Assembly (NCBI RefSeq): GCF_009914755.1
Contig: NC_060940.1
Source of the DNA: the human T2T-CHM13v2.0 reference genome, Homo sapiens
Strand: one strand, 5' to 3'
Length of the DNA: 64,000 bases
In this document: piece by piece, positions 61,800 through 64,000 of the stretch
Layout: each line of letters opens with the position of its first letter
How positions within the stretch are numbered: position 1 is the stretch's first letter
Made by a program: the position numbers and the translations under genes
Notes under the pieces: model-generated
The model's input: only the letters and a program-made list of their open reading frames with translations
Database searches by the model: none
What the model was told of the DNA's origin: nothing

Positions 61800-61867
61800 G
61801 TTGTCTGCGTTGCTGTGGATCCTGAAAGGTGTTCTGTTGGCACCGGGCGCTGAGCCAGGGGCAGGCG
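61800..61867 (-). other. Probable 68-nt internal exon of an unidentified minus-strand gene
   Basis: Acceptor tttttttgtctctcccttttgtttccag| and donor AAC|GTAAGT; GC-rich against AT-rich flanks; no stop codon in any of the three frames. Confidence 0.65.
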
Positions 61868-64000
61868 CTGGAAACAAAAGGGAGAGACAAAAAAATAAAG
61901 TGATTCAATGGGAATATTAATTGCTGCTCTTGTGGATTTTACAAAACACATAAACTGTTTTCTTTTTCTTTCTTTAAAAAAAATGTGGATTGGCGCGTGT
62001 CCCTTTTGCATGGAATATACAAGTAGTATGGGATTTACAGCCCAGTTACGGGACTTAGGATTAGCTGCGCTGGCATCTTTTGGGCATATTCTTCCTTTTA
62101 ATGAATGAGCTTTCGCTGTTAATGAGGAATAATCGTTTGGCTAATGAGCTTTGAAACATTAAGAGAAAAGAGGTTTTTTCCGTTAATCGCTCTGGTGCGA
62201 CTGCATGGATGGATTACAAAAGACAGCAATAGGAACGCAGTACAAAGGGGGGGACCTCTCCTGCAGTGGGAGAAGCACCGAGATGGGTGATGTGTCCCTG
62301 CGTCTTTCCTTCCTTCTCTCTTTCGCTCTCTCTGCCAACTGCTATGGGTTTCCATAACTCTGCAATCAAAGTGGATGGTCGGGAAGGATTATTACACAGA
62401 GTGAAGCCTCCGCTGTTAATGTCTCCAGTGTTTAATCATCATACAGTAGAATGGTTTTATGCATATTTCATTTGCATATCATTAAACTGTGTTAGTGAGG
62501 GGCATTCAGAACCAGGAGAAGTACAAAGTTGGGGAGAGAGGGAAGAAAAAAAGGTCCCTATGATGCTTATCTTCAAACGGGGACTTGTTCCATGATCTGT
62601 CTTCTACTTTTGCTAAAATCATTATGACTTGGAAACCTTTGAAGTTGGATACAACCTTGGATTCTTCTAATTCCTGCAGAGCAGTGTATTTTACAAAACA
62701 GCAGAAATGTTCCTGCACTAGACAATTAAAGGAATATAAACTCCAGTGGGCTGAAACTAGTAGCTCTTTGGGGAATGCAGTAGCAGAGGCTTCTACAAAT
62801 ACCAACACTTAAAAATATATAATAAACAGCATCATATTAGAAACAAAGAAAACGAAGACAAGAAATATTAACACGTGGATTATATTTGTTTCTTTTGGGG
62901 GGTAATGAACTAAAGAGAATGAAGAAGCCATCGGTAATTTATCCCTTCATTAATGAACAGTCACCTTTTTGTATGTGTTTGTTTTTGTCCTTTCTTTTTG
63001 AAGAGGGATGTTGTTACTTTTGAAGCAATTAGTCAATTATTTTGTAGCTCTGATCTTTTCCCCCTGCACCCGACAGGACAGAAAGGTGGTGGTTAGGGAA
63101 TATGTGAGTACTTGGGGAGGGGGGGACTTGGTGGGGAGAGAAAGAATACAGTGAGTTCTTTGTAGATCTTATACATGCACAACATATTAATTGGGGGCTT
63201 TTAAAGCTCCCTCAATGGGCTATTTCATTCCTGGTAAAACAGCAGCTGGTTAGCCACTATTGGTGACTCTTCAAATATTACTTCATTTTTATTCTGTCGC
63301 CGTTGTTGTTGTCTTGCTTTGTTTTTCCTCAGTTAAGAATGAAAATGTAGTATCACCCCCTCTTTAGTGAGTCTCTTCTCCATCTTCTTCACTCCAATTT
63401 CCAAACTGTAAAACAATGTTGGCTTAATACTGAGTCCTGGTGCACAGTCTAACTGGCACAACTTGATTTGGAAATGAGATGCTGCTTTATATTTAAATTA
63501 CCCCGGCTCCCCCCTTATCCTCCAAAGCTTTGTCTCTGTTATGAATATGCAGATGAGGCCTGATGTGATTACACTGTACAATTACTCCTATCCATGGTGG
63601 TGTCAGGGGCTGCTAGGGAGACAGAGAGTCAGACAGCCTCCAAGCCAATACAGAGTTTTGTTTTCGGTATTTTTCCTATCTCCTTGGCACTGCGGCACAT
63701 GCAGATGTCGCTGTTGTTCTTTATAAAGCCCTAATGTATGCAAAAGCATAACGATTTGGTTTGGACGCAAAGCATCAACGAAATATTATGGATGTCTTCA
63801 AGAAAGGGGGAGAGAAAATCCTGACTGAAGGAATGTCCACATAAATTATTTTTATTTAAATGAATTCAAAGGATGGGATGAGGGCAAGTCAGACGGAGTC
63901 GCGTGGAAAACATGAATAATATTAATATGCATAAAGAATTCTCACCAACGAGGAGAAGCTCCTCACTACAGCTCTTGGGACAAACAGGTTCATTAGGAAA

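Overview
Primate (human-like) genomic DNA. About 58 kb is AT-rich and dominated by transposon relics: about 19 Alu-family copies (FAM, J, S and Y types), many old L1 fragments on both strands, a long L2, THE1 and LTR16/ERVL elements, and hAT and Tigger DNA transposons. No complete protein-coding gene can be supported. The ORFs I could trace come from Alu, L1, L2 or LTR sequence, and the rest show no recognisable protein. Two things stand out. (1) A U6 snRNA-L1 chimeric retrocopy at 11115-11929, with a target-site duplication, inserted into a MER33 element. (2) An apparently repeat-free block at about 58.6-64 kb that retains CpGs. It contains a well-defined 68-nt minus-strand exon, a ladder of acceptor-like sites downstream of it, and POU and homeodomain motif clusters. 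It is probably the 3' part of a minus-strand gene or lncRNA, which I could not identify. I found no evidence of a wholly new biological system. Repeat subfamily calls are from recalled consensus sequences, and boundaries of old elements are approximate.
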